DNA of 64,000 bases from Candidatus Latescibacterota bacterium (GCA_965242865.1 CBDETK010000013.1:4416001-4480000); one strand, 5' to 3'; shown: positions 8,782-19,744, numbered from the stretch's first letter. Notes: generated by a model from the sequence alone, not told the origin. Numbers and translations: made by a program.

Positions 8782-9294
8782 TCACACCATCTCCTCGACC
8801 AAGGCTCGGCTCGCTGGGTCTAGCCGCCGGTAGTCGGGAATTTCGTAGCGGTTGCCGTCGGCGTCTTGCACCAAGACCCGACCAGCACCCAGATGGCGCA
8901 CATCGCGGCGGCTGGAATAGATTTCAAAGGTGCGCGGGCCGTGGTCGGTCTCCACCTCCCAGCGCGGCACTCGGTAGGCCGTCGTCACCTTGGCGATGCG
9001 CTGGATGCGCGGCGTGAAATAGGCCCGCTCCAATTCGTCGGCCACGGCCCGGCGGCTGGCCCGATCGAGCGCGTCGAGCCGGGCCAGCGAGCCAATCTCC
9101 TCGCCGGCGCAGTCTTGCACCACGATAAAGCAGTCCTCGCAGGTCAGGGGAAAGGCCCGTTTGACTCGCACCTTAGAATAGGTCCGCTCCCCGATCAGCT
9201 CCAAGTTCAAGTCCTCGAAAGCATCGACGAAAAATCGCGCTTGGGCCGGGTCGAGGTACGCGACTTCAGCGGCTAAATTGGGGCGCGGCGGCAT
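8782..9294 (-). CDS. DUF1854 family protein
   Basis: RAFPLT, EL...YFTPRI, WEVETDHG, DADGNRYEIPD...LDxxS; sits directly downstream of an ABC transporter, as is usual for the family. Confidence 0.82.
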   Translation of the reverse strand: MPPRPNLAAEVAYLDPAQARFFVDAFEDLNLELIGERTYSKVRVKRAFPLTCEDCFIVVQDCAGEEIGSLARLDALDRASRRAVADELERAYFTPRIQRIAKVTTAYRVPRWEVETDHGPRTFEIYSSRRDVRHLGAGRVLVQDADGNRYEIPDYRRLDPASRALVEEMV

Positions 9295-9298
9295 GGCT

Positions 9299-11617
9299 TC
9301 ACCAAGCTCTCAGTTTGGACATTTCGGTCTGCATGCGGCACAAATGCGCGTAGATGCCGTCGCGCGCAATCAGCTCGTCGTGGGTGCCGATCTCGGCGAG
9401 TTGGCCCTGGTCGAGGATGAGCAGGCGATGGGCGTTTTTGAGGGTTGATAAGCGATGGGCAATGGCAAAGGTGGTCCGCCCTTGGACGAGCCGCGCCAAT
9501 GCCTCCTGAATCTGCGCTTCGGTCTGGGTATCGACGTTAGAGGTCGCTTCGTCGAGGATGAGGATGCGCGGGTCGCGCAAAATGGCCCGGGCAATCGACA
9601 GCCGCTGCCGCTCGCCGCCCGATACGCGGACGCCGCGCTCGCCGACCAGGGTGTCGTACCCGTCGGGCATGTCCATGACGAAGTCGTGTGCATTGGCGGC
9701 CTTGGCCGCGGCCACGATCTGCTCTAGCGCGGCAGCGGGCTGGCCGTAGGCAATGTTGTCGGCCACTGTGCCGTTGAAGAGGAATGGATCCTGCAAGACC
9801 ACGCCGATCTGCTCGCGCAGCGATTTGAGATTGATTTGGCGCGTGTCGTGGCCATCGATGAGAATGACGCCCGCTTGGGGCTCGTAGAAGCGGCAGATGA
9901 GGTTGATCAGGGTGCTCTTGCCCGCGCCGCTGTGGCCGGCCAAGCCGATCATTTCGCCCGGCTCGACCGCGAAGCTCACATCCTCGAGGACGGGCTTGCC
10001 TTCTTCATAGCCGAATTGGACGCCGCGAAACTCAACCCGGCCCTCGATGGGCGGCATGATTACTGCGCTGGGTTGGTCGAGCCCCTCCGGGTGCGTATCG
10101 AGCACGTCAAAGACGCGCTCGGCCGAGGTGGCAGCGCGTTGGAAGCGATGGTTGAGGCGGCACAAGCTCTCTACCGGCCCGTAGAAGCGATACATGTAAC
10201 TGGTAAAGGCGACAAAGTCGCCCAAGGTCAGCTCCCCGGCCAAAATGTCGCGCCCGCCGACCCACCATATAATGATGGTGCCAATGGAGGTTACAAAGGC
10301 CATGACCGGGCCGAACAGGCTGCGCATCCACGCCACCCGCAACTCGCCCCGCAGCAGGTCTAGGCTGCGGCCCTTGAATTTGCCCACTTCCCGCTGTTCT
10401 TGGGCAAATGCCTTAACCACTCGCACCCCCGGAATCGTATCGGCCAGCAGGGCGCTAAGGCCGGCCCAACGCCGCCACAGGGGTCGGTACATGGCATGCA
10501 AGCGCCGGCCAAAGCGCAACGTGGCCCACACCAACAGCGGCGTTGGCAGCAACACGAGGGCCGCCAGCCCGGGATTGAGCGCGAAGAGGATGAGGCAGAT
10601 AATGATCAAGGTGAGCACGTCGCGGATGGCCTCTTGCAGGCCATCGCTGATAAAATCCTGCAAGCGGCCCACGTCTTGGGTGACGCTGGCCATGATGCGC
10701 CCGGTCTCGTTTTTGGCGTAATAACTAAGCGACAGCGCGTGCAGGTGGGCGTACACCTCGTTGCGCAGGCCGTAGGTGACGCGCTGGCCAATGCGGGCCA
10801 TGATGTAGCCGCGCAGGCCGGACAAGCCGCTGACGGCGAGGCTCATCCATATCAACAAGCCCACCAGCCAGCCCAGCACCCCGGCCTTATCGTCCTTGGC
10901 CACCGGCAAGAGCGCGAGCAGATCAAAGCTCCGCCCAGCGCCCATAGACGAAAGCGCGCCGGCATTTAAGACGTCGTCGATGAGCACCCGCATCAGCAGG
11001 GGCTGGCCCAAGCCGAGGGTCGTGGCTACCACCATGAGCGACAAGCTCAGCGCGATGAGCGGCCAATGCGGCTTGGCATAGCCCAACAGCCGGACCAGCA
11101 GCTTGCCCTTTTCCAAACAGGCCGGGCACACGCCGGAGTGGCGCGGAATGACTTGGCCGCAGCGGTTGCAACGCGCGCGCCCGGCCCGCGCCCCGGCCAA
11201 GCGTCCGCGGAGCACTGGCCCCTCGGGTTGGGTCGAGCCAGCTCGCTCGACCAAGCGCTCAACCTGATTGGGCAGTTCGGCCAGCGCGGGCACCAAGCTC
11301 TTGGAAAAGACGGCTATGGTCGCGCCCTGCTCCTTGGTGCGGACCTTGAGCGCGGCGGTCCCCCAATCCTCGCGCACCTCCACCCCGTTTATCTCGGCCA
11401 ACGGGAAGCAGACCACATCGGGCGGGCCGCCGCGGTCCGGGCTGAAGGCCACCAGCAGCTCGTCGGTGGCCATTAGCCACGCCTCGCCGTACTGGCCGTC
11501 GAGCTTGATGTCCGTGGCGACCGCTAGGCGGAGCTCTTCGTCCGGGCCTACGATCTCGGCCAGTGCGCACCGAACCGGCGCGGGCACTGCGGCGTGCAAG
11601 GCGTCAGGCTCATTCAT
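9299..11617 (-). CDS. ABC exporter, fused permease/ATPase, with extra N-terminal domain and Zn-ribbon
   Basis: GHSGAGKST, VSGGERQR, LILDEATS, IAHRLST; CNRC...CPAC ahead of the TM domain. Confidence 0.92.
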   Translation of the reverse strand: MNEPDALHAAVPAPVRCALAEIVGPDEELRLAVATDIKLDGQYGEAWLMATDELLVAFSPDRGGPPDVVCFPLAEINGVEVREDWGTAALKVRTKEQGATIAVFSKSLVPALAELPNQVERLVERAGSTQPEGPVLRGRLAGARAGRARCNRCGQVIPRHSGVCPACLEKGKLLVRLLGYAKPHWPLIALSLSLMVVATTLGLGQPLLMRVLIDDVLNAGALSSMGAGRSFDLLALLPVAKDDKAGVLGWLVGLLIWMSLAVSGLSGLRGYIMARIGQRVTYGLRNEVYAHLHALSLSYYAKNETGRIMASVTQDVGRLQDFISDGLQEAIRDVLTLIIICLILFALNPGLAALVLLPTPLLVWATLRFGRRLHAMYRPLWRRWAGLSALLADTIPGVRVVKAFAQEQREVGKFKGRSLDLLRGELRVAWMRSLFGPVMAFVTSIGTIIIWWVGGRDILAGELTLGDFVAFTSYMYRFYGPVESLCRLNHRFQRAATSAERVFDVLDTHPEGLDQPSAVIMPPIEGRVEFRGVQFGYEEGKPVLEDVSFAVEPGEMIGLAGHSGAGKSTLINLICRFYEPQAGVILIDGHDTRQINLKSLREQIGVVLQDPFLFNGTVADNIAYGQPAAALEQIVAAAKAANAHDFVMDMPDGYDTLVGERGVRVSGGERQRLSIARAILRDPRILILDEATSNVDTQTEAQIQEALARLVQGRTTFAIAHRLSTLKNAHRLLILDQGQLAEIGTHDELIARDGIYAHLCRMQTEMSKLRAW

Positions 11618-11618
11618 A

Positions 11619-14600
11619 CTATGCCATGCTGCGCGCCGTGCGCAGCACGCGCTTGCACCACAGCGCTAGGTCGTCCAACAGCGAATAGAGCGTCGGGGCC
11701 AGCATCAGGGTCAGCACCGTGGAGGTGGCCAAGCCGCTGGCAACGACCAAGCCCACCGGCCCCCAGCGACGGGCAAAGCCCTCGGACGTGCCATACACCA
11801 TCGGCAGCACGATCGGCAGCAGGTTGAGGATGGTGGTAAAGGCGGTCATCAGAATGGGCCGGAGCCGGTGCTGGCCACCGAGGCAAATCGCCGCGCGCCG
11901 CGACAACCCGCTCGCCCGCAGGTGATTGATGTGGGCGATTAGCACGATGCCGTTGTTGACGACGATGCCGAAGAGGATCAACAGCCCCAAGACGCCGTTG
12001 TTGTCAAAGGGCACGTCAAGGGCATACAGCCCCAAGGCCACGCCGATCACCGAGAAGGGGATGGCGAAGAGGATGGTTAGGGGATGGATCAGGGACTCAA
12101 AGAGCGAGGCCATGATTAGGTAAATCAGCAGCACGGCAAAAATGGCGGTGAAGTGGTTGTCGCGGGCCTCCTCCTGCTCCCAGCGCGCGGCCCGGCCCAA
12201 ATCCCAGCTATAGCCGGGGGGCAGCTGCATCCCGTCCATCATCTGGCGGATCGGCTCCATCAGCGCACGGGCGGTGCCGCGGTCTTCGGTGTTGGCAAAC
12301 ACGGTGACGTTGAGCACCCGATTCTCGCGCTTGAGATCGCGGGGGCCGTAGCCCAGCTCAAAATTGGCCAGCGACGCGAGCTGGACCGAGCGGCCGTCGC
12401 GGGTGTCGTAGCGGCTGTTTTTGAGCTGCTCGAGGGTGGCGCGGTCGCCCTCGTTGAGCTGCATGACGATGTCGATCTCGCGGTCGTCGCTTTTGAAGCC
12501 ACTGGTGCGGCGAGTGCCCAAGGCCGCGGCGATGCCTTGGGCCACCTCGCGCGGCGACAGCCCATACCCGAGCGCCTGAGCGCGGTTGATCTCCACGCGG
12601 ACTTCCTCCTCGCCATCTTCGAGGCTGCTATCGACGTCTTGCACCCCAGGGAACTGTTCGAGACCGGCCTTGACGTCCTCCATCAGCACCGCTAGGACTT
12701 CTGGATTGCGGCCGTGCAGCTGGACTTCGACGCCGAGTTGGTTGCCGGTCCAACTGCGCGAGCGGCCCATTTTGTACGCGTACCCCACCTTTGCCGGCAG
12801 CAACTGCTTGATGGCGTTGCCCGCTTCCAGGGTCGACAACCGGCCGGCATCCGCATCGACGAGATAGGCGCGGATGCTGCCGCGGCGCAGGCCAAAGCTC
12901 GTCGAGAGCGCTTCCATGTCGAGCGAGTCCTTTTGCGCGAGGAGGGTGTCTTCGATTTGGTCGAAATGGGCGCGAATTTCTGCGAGGCTGTAGCTGCGAT
13001 CGATGACCACCGTCATATCGACCCGCCGCTCTGGGGTCCAAGGGGTGCCGCGCTGCTCGATCTGGTTGTAGAGAAAGTAGCCGGTGCCGGTCAAGGCCAC
13101 CGTGGCCAGCAGCGCGACCCAGCGGTGGTCGAGCGTCCAGTTGAGCAAGCGGCTGTACGAGGAGCGCAGGCCGTGGCGGGAGCAGTACCAGCCGAGCGCG
13201 GCCCCGGCCAGCGTAGCGAGCGCGCAGCCGACCAGGGTCTGCCACGCCATCCCGCCGACCGAAGCGGCAATCAGCCCAGACCAGCGGTCCCACCAAGCCT
13301 GCAACCCGAGCCAGCCAACCGCCCGGACCTGCCAGTAGGCCATGCCCAGCACCACCGCGACCACCAGCAGCTTGAGCCAGCGGTCAAAGCGTTCCACCCC
13401 GGCGCGGAACAACCGGGACGAGGCCAGCGGGATCAGGGACAACGAGACGATCATCGACACCACCACCGCGAGGCATATCGCGATCCCGGCGTCCTTCATC
13501 CACGCGGCCGAGCGCCCCTCGGACAGGAAGAAGAAGGGCACGAAGACGCAGATCGTCGTCAGGGCCGAGGCCAAGACCGCCATGCCGACTTCGCGGCTGC
13601 CCACCTGGGCGGCTTCAGCGGCGGCCAGCCCGTCTTCTTGGCGGCGGCGGAAAATGCTCTCCAGCACCACCACGGCCGGATCGACCAACATCCCCACCGC
13701 CAGCATCAGGCCCATCATGGAAACCATGTTGAGGGTGATGGTTGACTCAAAGACTTCGCGGGCGACGTACATGCCGATAAAGACGCACAGCGCCGAGGTG
13801 GGGATGGCGAGGGCGATGACGATGGTCGAGCGGATGTTGCGCAAAAAGACGAAGATGATAACCATGGCCAAAAACGCGCCCAGCAGGGCCGAATTGACGA
13901 GCGTATTGGCTTCTTGGAGCACGTCCTCTGCGCGGTTGCGGACGATGGCCACATCGAGCTGGCCGGCGTATTCGCCCTCAATCGCCGCCAGCTCGCCGAC
14001 GATGACCTCGCCGACGTCCACGACATTGGCGGTCGAGGCTTTGAAAATTTCTAGCTGGAGCGCATCGACGCCGTTGAGCCGCTCGTAGCGGCGCTTTTCC
14101 GGGAAGCCGTAGTTGATCTCGCCGATGTCGCCGAGGCGAAACTGGCCGCCCAAAAGCGGCATACTGGCGATGTCCTCGACGCGGGTGAATTCGCCGAGGG
14201 CGCGGGCCAGGTAGCGCTGGCCGCCGTCTAGGACCCGGCCCAGCGAGAGGTTGGTGTTGTTCTCGTTGAGCTGCCAGCCGAGCGAGGGCAGCGATATGTT
14301 GTGGGTCTGCAAGCGCTCTTGGTCGAGCTCGACGATCAGTTGTTTTTCCTCGAGGTCGTCGATGACCACGTTGGCGACCCCGTTGAGCCGCAACAGCCGC
14401 GGCTCAATGACTTTTTGGATTACGTCGAGCAAGCGGTCGCCGTCGCCGAGCCACGCTAGATTGGCGTACACAATGGGACGCTGATCGGACTGCCAGCGGC
14501 GCAAGCTGACGCGGTCGACGTCCGCCGGCAGGAGGGCGCGGGCTTGGTCGAGCTTTTCGCGCATTTCCATGTTGGCTAAGTCCATGTCGGTGCCGGCCTT

Positions 14601-14885
14601 AAAGTCAACGCGCACCTCGCCGCGATTGTGCCCCGAGCTCGAACTAATGCGGTCGATGTTGTTGAGCGTCCCCAGCGTCTGCTCCAGCGGCAGGGTCACC
14701 AAGCGCTCGACTTCTTCGGGCGAGGAATTGTTGTACTGGACTCGGGCCGTGATCCCGGAAGAGGAAATGCTCGGCAACTGCTCCATGGGCAGGCGCTCTA
14801 AGGCGACCACGCCCACCACCACGGCGCAGAGGGCGAGCATCAGGGTGGTCACCGGCCGGTTGAGCGAAAACTCCGATAGGGTCAT
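11619..14885 (-). CDS. RND efflux transporter permease subunit (AcrB/MdtC-like)
   Basis: RPVTT, GMLVDPAVVVLESI, FESLIHP, GIVVNNGIVL, RLRPILMT. Confidence 0.93.
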   Translation of the reverse strand: MTLSEFSLNRPVTTLMLALCAVVVGVVALERLPMEQLPSISSSGITARVQYNNSSPEEVERLVTLPLEQTLGTLNNIDRISSSSGHNRGEVRVDFKAGTDMDLANMEMREKLDQARALLPADVDRVSLRRWQSDQRPIVYANLAWLGDGDRLLDVIQKVIEPRLLRLNGVANVVIDDLEEKQLIVELDQERLQTHNISLPSLGWQLNENNTNLSLGRVLDGGQRYLARALGEFTRVEDIASMPLLGGQFRLGDIGEINYGFPEKRRYERLNGVDALQLEIFKASTANVVDVGEVIVGELAAIEGEYAGQLDVAIVRNRAEDVLQEANTLVNSALLGAFLAMVIIFVFLRNIRSTIVIALAIPTSALCVFIGMYVAREVFESTITLNMVSMMGLMLAVGMLVDPAVVVLESIFRRRQEDGLAAAEAAQVGSREVGMAVLASALTTICVFVPFFFLSEGRSAAWMKDAGIAICLAVVVSMIVSLSLIPLASSRLFRAGVERFDRWLKLLVVAVVLGMAYWQVRAVGWLGLQAWWDRWSGLIAASVGGMAWQTLVGCALATLAGAALGWYCSRHGLRSSYSRLLNWTLDHRWVALLATVALTGTGYFLYNQIEQRGTPWTPERRVDMTVVIDRSYSLAEIRAHFDQIEDTLLAQKDSLDMEALSTSFGLRRGSIRAYLVDADAGRLSTLEAGNAIKQLLPAKVGYAYKMGRSRSWTGNQLGVEVQLHGRNPEVLAVLMEDVKAGLEQFPGVQDVDSSLEDGEEEVRVEINRAQALGYGLSPREVAQGIAAALGTRRTSGFKSDDREIDIVMQLNEGDRATLEQLKNSRYDTRDGRSVQLASLANFELGYGPRDLKRENRVLNVTVFANTEDRGTARALMEPIRQMMDGMQLPPGYSWDLGRAARWEQEEARDNHFTAIFAVLLIYLIMASLFESLIHPLTILFAIPFSVIGVALGLYALDVPFDNNGVLGLLILFGIVVNNGIVLIAHINHLRASGLSRRAAICLGGQHRLRPILMTAFTTILNLLPIVLPMVYGTSEGFARRWGPVGLVVASGLATSTVLTLMLAPTLYSLLDDLALWCKRVLRTARSMA

Positions 14886-14895
14886 ACCCCACCTC

Positions 14896-17800
14896 CTAAG
14901 CGCTGCGGTCGAGCAGCGTATAGACCACGGGAATGAGCACGAGGGTCAGCAGCGTGGAGACTAAAAGGCCGCCGATGACCGTAACGGCCATGGGCGCACG
15001 GATCTCGGCCCCTTCGCCCAGCCCCAAGGCCATGGGCAACAGCCCCAAGACGGTCGTTGAGGTCGTCATTAGAATCGGTCGGAAGCGCACTTCGCCGGCG
15101 CGCAGGACCGCGGCGAATTTTTCCATGCCTTCGTCGCGGCGCAGGTGGTTGATGTAATCGACGAGGACGATGGCGTTGTTGACCACAATGCCGGCCAGCA
15201 TAATAAGGCCAATGAGCACCACCACGCTGATGGTAGTGCCGGTCGCGAGCAGGCCGAGGGCACTGCCGATCAGGCCCAAGGGAATGGTGAACATGATGAC
15301 CAGCGGATGCAGAAGCGACTCAAATTGCGAAGCCATGACCAGATAGACCAAGAACACCGCCAACAGCAGGGCGAATTTCATGCTGTCAAAGGAGCGGACC
15401 ATTTCCTCGTTTTGGCCGCCGACCGCCACGGTGAAGCCTTCGGGCAGGGGCAAGGCGGCGAGGACGGCTTCAATTTCCGCTACTACGCCGCCCAGATCGC
15501 GGCCGGCGAGGTTGGCCGAGATGACGGCGACGCGCTCTTGGTCGAGGCGTCGGATCTCGGCCGGGCCTTCTACCGCCCGCACTTGGGCCACTGATTCGAG
15601 CGCGACCGGCACCGGGTAGGACGCCGGGCTGACGACCATCTGCTTGAGGTCCGCGACGGTCTGGCGTTCCTCGTTGAGCGCGCGCACCCGGATATCGACC
15701 TTGCGGTCGCGGCGCGCCAGCTCGGTGGCGACATCGCCTTGCAGCTTGTTGCGCAACAGCTCGCCGATGTTCTGCACGGTGGTGCCCAGCTCGGCCACGC
15801 GCCGGCGGTCGAAGACGATCTGCACTTCGGGTTGGCCGCCGGCCGTGCTAGAGCGGATGTCGGTCAGCCCGGGGATGGCGTGCAACCGCTCGACCGCTTG
15901 GTCGGCCAACAGACCGAGCGCACTCAGGCTGTAGCCGCTGATTTCCACCTCTATCGGGGTGCGGAAGGAAAAATACGCGGGCCGCGAGAATTTGAACTTC
16001 AGGTCGGGGACGCGCCCGAGGAGGCTGCGGACCGCTTCGATGGCCGCTTCTTCGCTGTGCGCCGGCGCGAGCCGCACGTGGAGGTGGGCGGTGTGCTCCT
16101 TTTTATCCGCGGCCGTGCCACCGGCTTGGGCGCTGCTGCCGACGAGCGCGAAGACCGAGGCGATTCCGCTGAGACCGCGAATTTGTCTGTCGAGCGCGGC
16201 GACTTGGGCGGCGGTCTGCTCCAGCGGGGTGCCAGCGCGCCATTCGAGATCGACGAGGAACTCGCCTTGGCTCATCTCCGGGATCAGTTCCAGCCCTAGG
16301 TGCTGCGCCCGCCCGAGGACTAAGGCCCCTAGCGCAATAAAGGCCGCCAAGACCAGCCCGCGCCGGCGCAACGCCCAACTCAAAAAGAGTGGGTACGCTT
16401 TGTTGAACGCGCTGAATACGAGGTCGAATAGCCAGTACAGGGGAAAGAGCAGGGTGGAAAAGACCCGGCCTAGGGCGCGGCCCAGCGTGCGGAGCAGGCC
16501 GATGAGGAGGGCCGGGCCTTGGACGCCGCGTTTGGGGCCGATCGCTTCGGCCTCGGCAATCATGCGCTCAAGGCTCAGCGACGAGAGCATGGGGATCAGC
16601 ATCAGCGCCACCACCAAGGAGGCGACCAGCGAGTACGTGACGGTGAGGGCCTGATCGCGAAAGAGCTGACCGGCCACCCCCTCGACAAAGACGATGGGCA
16701 AAAAGACGCAGATGGTGGTGGTAGTCGCGGCGATGACCGCGCGGCCGACCTCGCTGGCCCCGCGCACGGCCGCGGCCAAGACGCTCAGCCCTTGGTCGCG
16801 GTAGCGCTGCACGCTTTCCAAGACCACGATGGAGTTGTCAACCAGCATTCCGACCCCCAAAGCCAGCCCGCCCAGCGACATGATGTTGAGGCTCACGTCC
16901 GAGCCGAACATCAGGAAAAAGGTCGCGACCACGGACAGGGGGATCGACAGGCCGATGATGGCCGTGCTTTTGAGGTCGCGGAGGAAGAGGAACAGGACGA
17001 CCACGGCGAGGATGCCGCCGAGGATGGCGGTGTTGAGCACCTCGTCAACGGCTTGCTGGATAAAGGTCGCTTGGTTAAAGACGACCTCCATGCCGCTGTC
17101 TTGCAGCAGCGAGGCGTTTTCTGCGAGAAATTCGTCTAGACGCTCCTGCACGGCCGCGCTGACTTGGACGGTATTGGCGTCGCCCTCCTTAAAGACCGCG
17201 ACCTCAACGCCCTCGCGGCCGTTGATCCGGGTGACGAGGTCGCGCTCGCGGTGGCCGCGGAAGACGCGCCCCACGTCCTTGAGCTTGATCGGGGCGCGCC
17301 CGAGCTGACCGATGACGATTTCGCCGATCTCGTCAATGCCTTGGAACTCATTGAGGGTTCGGACGAGGAACTCGGCTTCGCCGTCCTTGAGCACCCCGCC
17401 GGTCAGGTTGACGTTTTCCGCGGCGAGGCGGCTGGTGACTTGGTTGATGGAGATGCCGAGGTGGGCTAGGCGCTGGGCTTCGACTTCGACTTGGATCTCT
17501 TCCTCTAGGCCGCCGTTGATGCGGACAGCCGCTACGCCTTCAAGGCTTTCGAGGTCTGGACGCAGGCGCTCTTCGGCAACGCGCCGCATCTCCAGCAGGC
17601 TCAACGTGCCGTAAAACGCCAAGCGCAGTACCGGGTCGAGCGAGGGGTCAAAGCGCAAGAGAATGGGCTTGCTGGCGTCGCGCGGCAGATTGGCCAAATC
17701 GAGCTTTTCGCGGATGTCGAGCGAGGCAAAGTCCATGTTGGTGCCCCAGCCGAACTCGACGACCACGTCCGCGATGCCCGGCCGCGAAATGGACGAGACG

Positions 17801-18036
17801 CGGACCACGTTGCTGACCACGCCGACCAACCCCTCGATCGGCTCGGCGATGAGACGCTCCAGCTCCAAGGGGGCCACGCCCTCGTATTCGGTGCGCACGG
17901 TGATCGTGGGATAGGTGATGTCCGGGAGGAGGTTGACTGCCAAGCGCGAAAAGCCGACCCCGCCAAAGGCGATGATCGCCACCATCAGCATCGCCACGGT
18001 GACGCGGCGGCGCGTGGAAAACTCGACGAGTTTCAC
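14896..18036 (-). CDS. RND efflux transporter permease subunit (AcrB/MdtB-like)
   Basis: GMLVDNSIVVLE, QFESLLHP, GIVVNNAIVLVD, RFRPILMT; GTG start overlaps the MFP stop. Confidence 0.93.
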   Translation of the reverse strand: MKLVEFSTRRRVTVAMLMVAIIAFGGVGFSRLAVNLLPDITYPTITVRTEYEGVAPLELERLIAEPIEGLVGVVSNVVRVSSISRPGIADVVVEFGWGTNMDFASLDIREKLDLANLPRDASKPILLRFDPSLDPVLRLAFYGTLSLLEMRRVAEERLRPDLESLEGVAAVRINGGLEEEIQVEVEAQRLAHLGISINQVTSRLAAENVNLTGGVLKDGEAEFLVRTLNEFQGIDEIGEIVIGQLGRAPIKLKDVGRVFRGHRERDLVTRINGREGVEVAVFKEGDANTVQVSAAVQERLDEFLAENASLLQDSGMEVVFNQATFIQQAVDEVLNTAILGGILAVVVLFLFLRDLKSTAIIGLSIPLSVVATFFLMFGSDVSLNIMSLGGLALGVGMLVDNSIVVLESVQRYRDQGLSVLAAAVRGASEVGRAVIAATTTTICVFLPIVFVEGVAGQLFRDQALTVTYSLVASLVVALMLIPMLSSLSLERMIAEAEAIGPKRGVQGPALLIGLLRTLGRALGRVFSTLLFPLYWLFDLVFSAFNKAYPLFLSWALRRRGLVLAAFIALGALVLGRAQHLGLELIPEMSQGEFLVDLEWRAGTPLEQTAAQVAALDRQIRGLSGIASVFALVGSSAQAGGTAADKKEHTAHLHVRLAPAHSEEAAIEAVRSLLGRVPDLKFKFSRPAYFSFRTPIEVEISGYSLSALGLLADQAVERLHAIPGLTDIRSSTAGGQPEVQIVFDRRRVAELGTTVQNIGELLRNKLQGDVATELARRDRKVDIRVRALNEERQTVADLKQMVVSPASYPVPVALESVAQVRAVEGPAEIRRLDQERVAVISANLAGRDLGGVVAEIEAVLAALPLPEGFTVAVGGQNEEMVRSFDSMKFALLLAVFLVYLVMASQFESLLHPLVIMFTIPLGLIGSALGLLATGTTISVVVLIGLIMLAGIVVNNAIVLVDYINHLRRDEGMEKFAAVLRAGEVRFRPILMTTSTTVLGLLPMALGLGEGAEIRAPMAVTVIGGLLVSTLLTLVLIPVVYTLLDRSA

Positions 18037-19265
18037 TCGTCCCTACCTTGCCAGCGCCGAGGGCCTCCCCCGCCGCCTTGCTCGCGCAGGGCGCGCAAGC
18101 GTTGGCGCAAGCTGTCGGGCAGGGGCTTGCCGGCGCGGCGGTACTCGGCGATGACTTGGCGCAAGCTGTCGGGCAGGCCCTGCCGGCTGCTCCTTGGGGG
18201 CGCCGTTAGGCCCTCGCCGGCGAGGCGCACGGCCGCGCCGTCCTTGAGGCCCTCGTGGCCAATGGTCACGACTTGGTCGCCTTCTTTGAGGCCGGCGACG
18301 ATCTCGACCTGATCGCCCTCGGCAAAGCCCAACTCAACGGCCACCCGGCGCACCGTGCCGTCTTCGATGACAAAGACGTCGTCCTCGTCGGTTTCGAGGA
18401 TTAGGGCCTTCTTGGGGATGATCAAGGTTTGGGGCCGCCGTGCGGTAATGATGCGCACCGTGGCGAACATCCCCGGTTTGAGCACGCCGCCGCTGGCGAC
18501 TTCGAGGGTGACCTTGACGGTGCCGCTGGCGGGATCGACCTCTGGACTCATCATGCGGATGCGGCCGCGGAAGCTCGTGTCGGGCAGGGCCTCAACCGCG
18601 ATGGTTGCCTCTTGGCCGGGGTGCAACTGGTACATGCGCTGCTCGGGCGCGAAAATTTTCACCAGCAGCGGGCTGAGGTCCGCGACGACGAAAACCTCTT
18701 GATTGCCGCGGACCAGATCGCCCAACTCGACCAACCGCTGGGTGACAATGCCGGCAATCGGCGCGGCAATGTCTGCATACGCGAGATTGAGCTGGGCTTC
18801 TTCAAGGGCCAACGTGGCGTTGTCCAAGCGGAGGCGGGCCGCATCGTATTCGGATTGGCTGACCATGCTGCGCTCGTGCAGCGCCCGGATGCGGTCGTAG
18901 TTGGTGCTCGCGTCGGCAAAAGCCTCTTCGGCTTGACGCCCGTTCAGGCTCAGTTCGTCCTTGTTGAGGCGGACCATGACTTGGCCTTGGCGCACTCGGT
19001 CGCCCTCTTCGACCGCGAGCTCCTCCACTAAGCCGGTCGTGCGCGCCAAGACGCTGACGCGGCGCTCGGCTTCGAGGCGGGAGTACGTCTCGATGTAAGC
19101 GTTCATGTCGCCGCGCACGACCTGTTCGCCTTTGACCGGAATGGCGGCTGCTTCGCGCCCGCCCCAGCCGCCGCGCTGGGGGCCTGGTGCTGCTTGGTCC
19201 TCGCCGCACCCGAGCGCGAAGAGCAAGACGCTGCCGATGGACAGCGCGCATTGGCGAGCCGTCAT
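18033..19265 (-). CDS. RND periplasmic adaptor (membrane fusion) lipoprotein
   Basis: Lipobox ALGC, VEEGDRV, APIAGIV, VDPASGT, LKPGMF, GLKEGDQVV. Confidence 0.92.
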   Translation of the reverse strand: MTARQCALSIGSVLLFALGCGEDQAAPGPQRGGWGGREAAAIPVKGEQVVRGDMNAYIETYSRLEAERRVSVLARTTGLVEELAVEEGDRVRQGQVMVRLNKDELSLNGRQAEEAFADASTNYDRIRALHERSMVSQSEYDAARLRLDNATLALEEAQLNLAYADIAAPIAGIVTQRLVELGDLVRGNQEVFVVADLSPLLVKIFAPEQRMYQLHPGQEATIAVEALPDTSFRGRIRMMSPEVDPASGTVKVTLEVASGGVLKPGMFATVRIITARRPQTLIIPKKALILETDEDDVFVIEDGTVRRVAVELGFAEGDQVEIVAGLKEGDQVVTIGHEGLKDGAAVRLAGEGLTAPPRSSRQGLPDSLRQVIAEYRRAGKPLPDSLRQRLRALREQGGGGGPRRWQGRDE

Positions 19266-19398
19266 CTGGAGCAGGCCCTAGGGGGTGTGTTGTTCACGGG
19301 GTTCCTTTCTGTGGGGTGTCGTCAAGAGAGTATAGACGCGGCGTCGATCGGTGTCAATAAAACTGACTGGTCAGTTTTTCCGATTCGACGAGGGCGCG

Positions 19399-19740
19399 TT
19401 AGCGCGGCTTTTCCAAGGCCGCCAACCGCTCGGCCGCGTCGGCCGGAGCGACGAATATCATGGCCCGGCCCCTTTTGCCCATTTCGAGAACGCCGCGTTC
19501 TGCGAGATCCAACAAATCGGTTCGCGCCGTTTGGTAGGCGACGTTGTGGCTTTGTTGGTGGCTGGCGATGGTATAGCGTTGGCCCGGATTGTCGAGGGCA
19601 TGGCGGATGAGAGCGACCTGCCGGTGATTGAACAGCGCGAGTGCTTGGATGTCCTGCTCGGCTTGGCGCAGTTGAGCCGCTTTTCGCTCAATGTAGCGAT
19701 GTAGCTCGTCAATGGACCGAGAAATCACTTTGGTCTGGGC
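19399..19740 (-). pseudogene. C-terminal HTH remnant of a Fic-family protein
   Basis: QTKVISRSIDEL...FNHRQ...HALDNP...YTIASHQQSHNVAYQTARTDLLDL resembles the C-terminal region of Fic proteins. No HPFxDGNGR domain; an in-frame stop and an AT-rich promoter lie immediately upstream. Confidence 0.7.
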
Positions 19741-19744
19741 TAGG

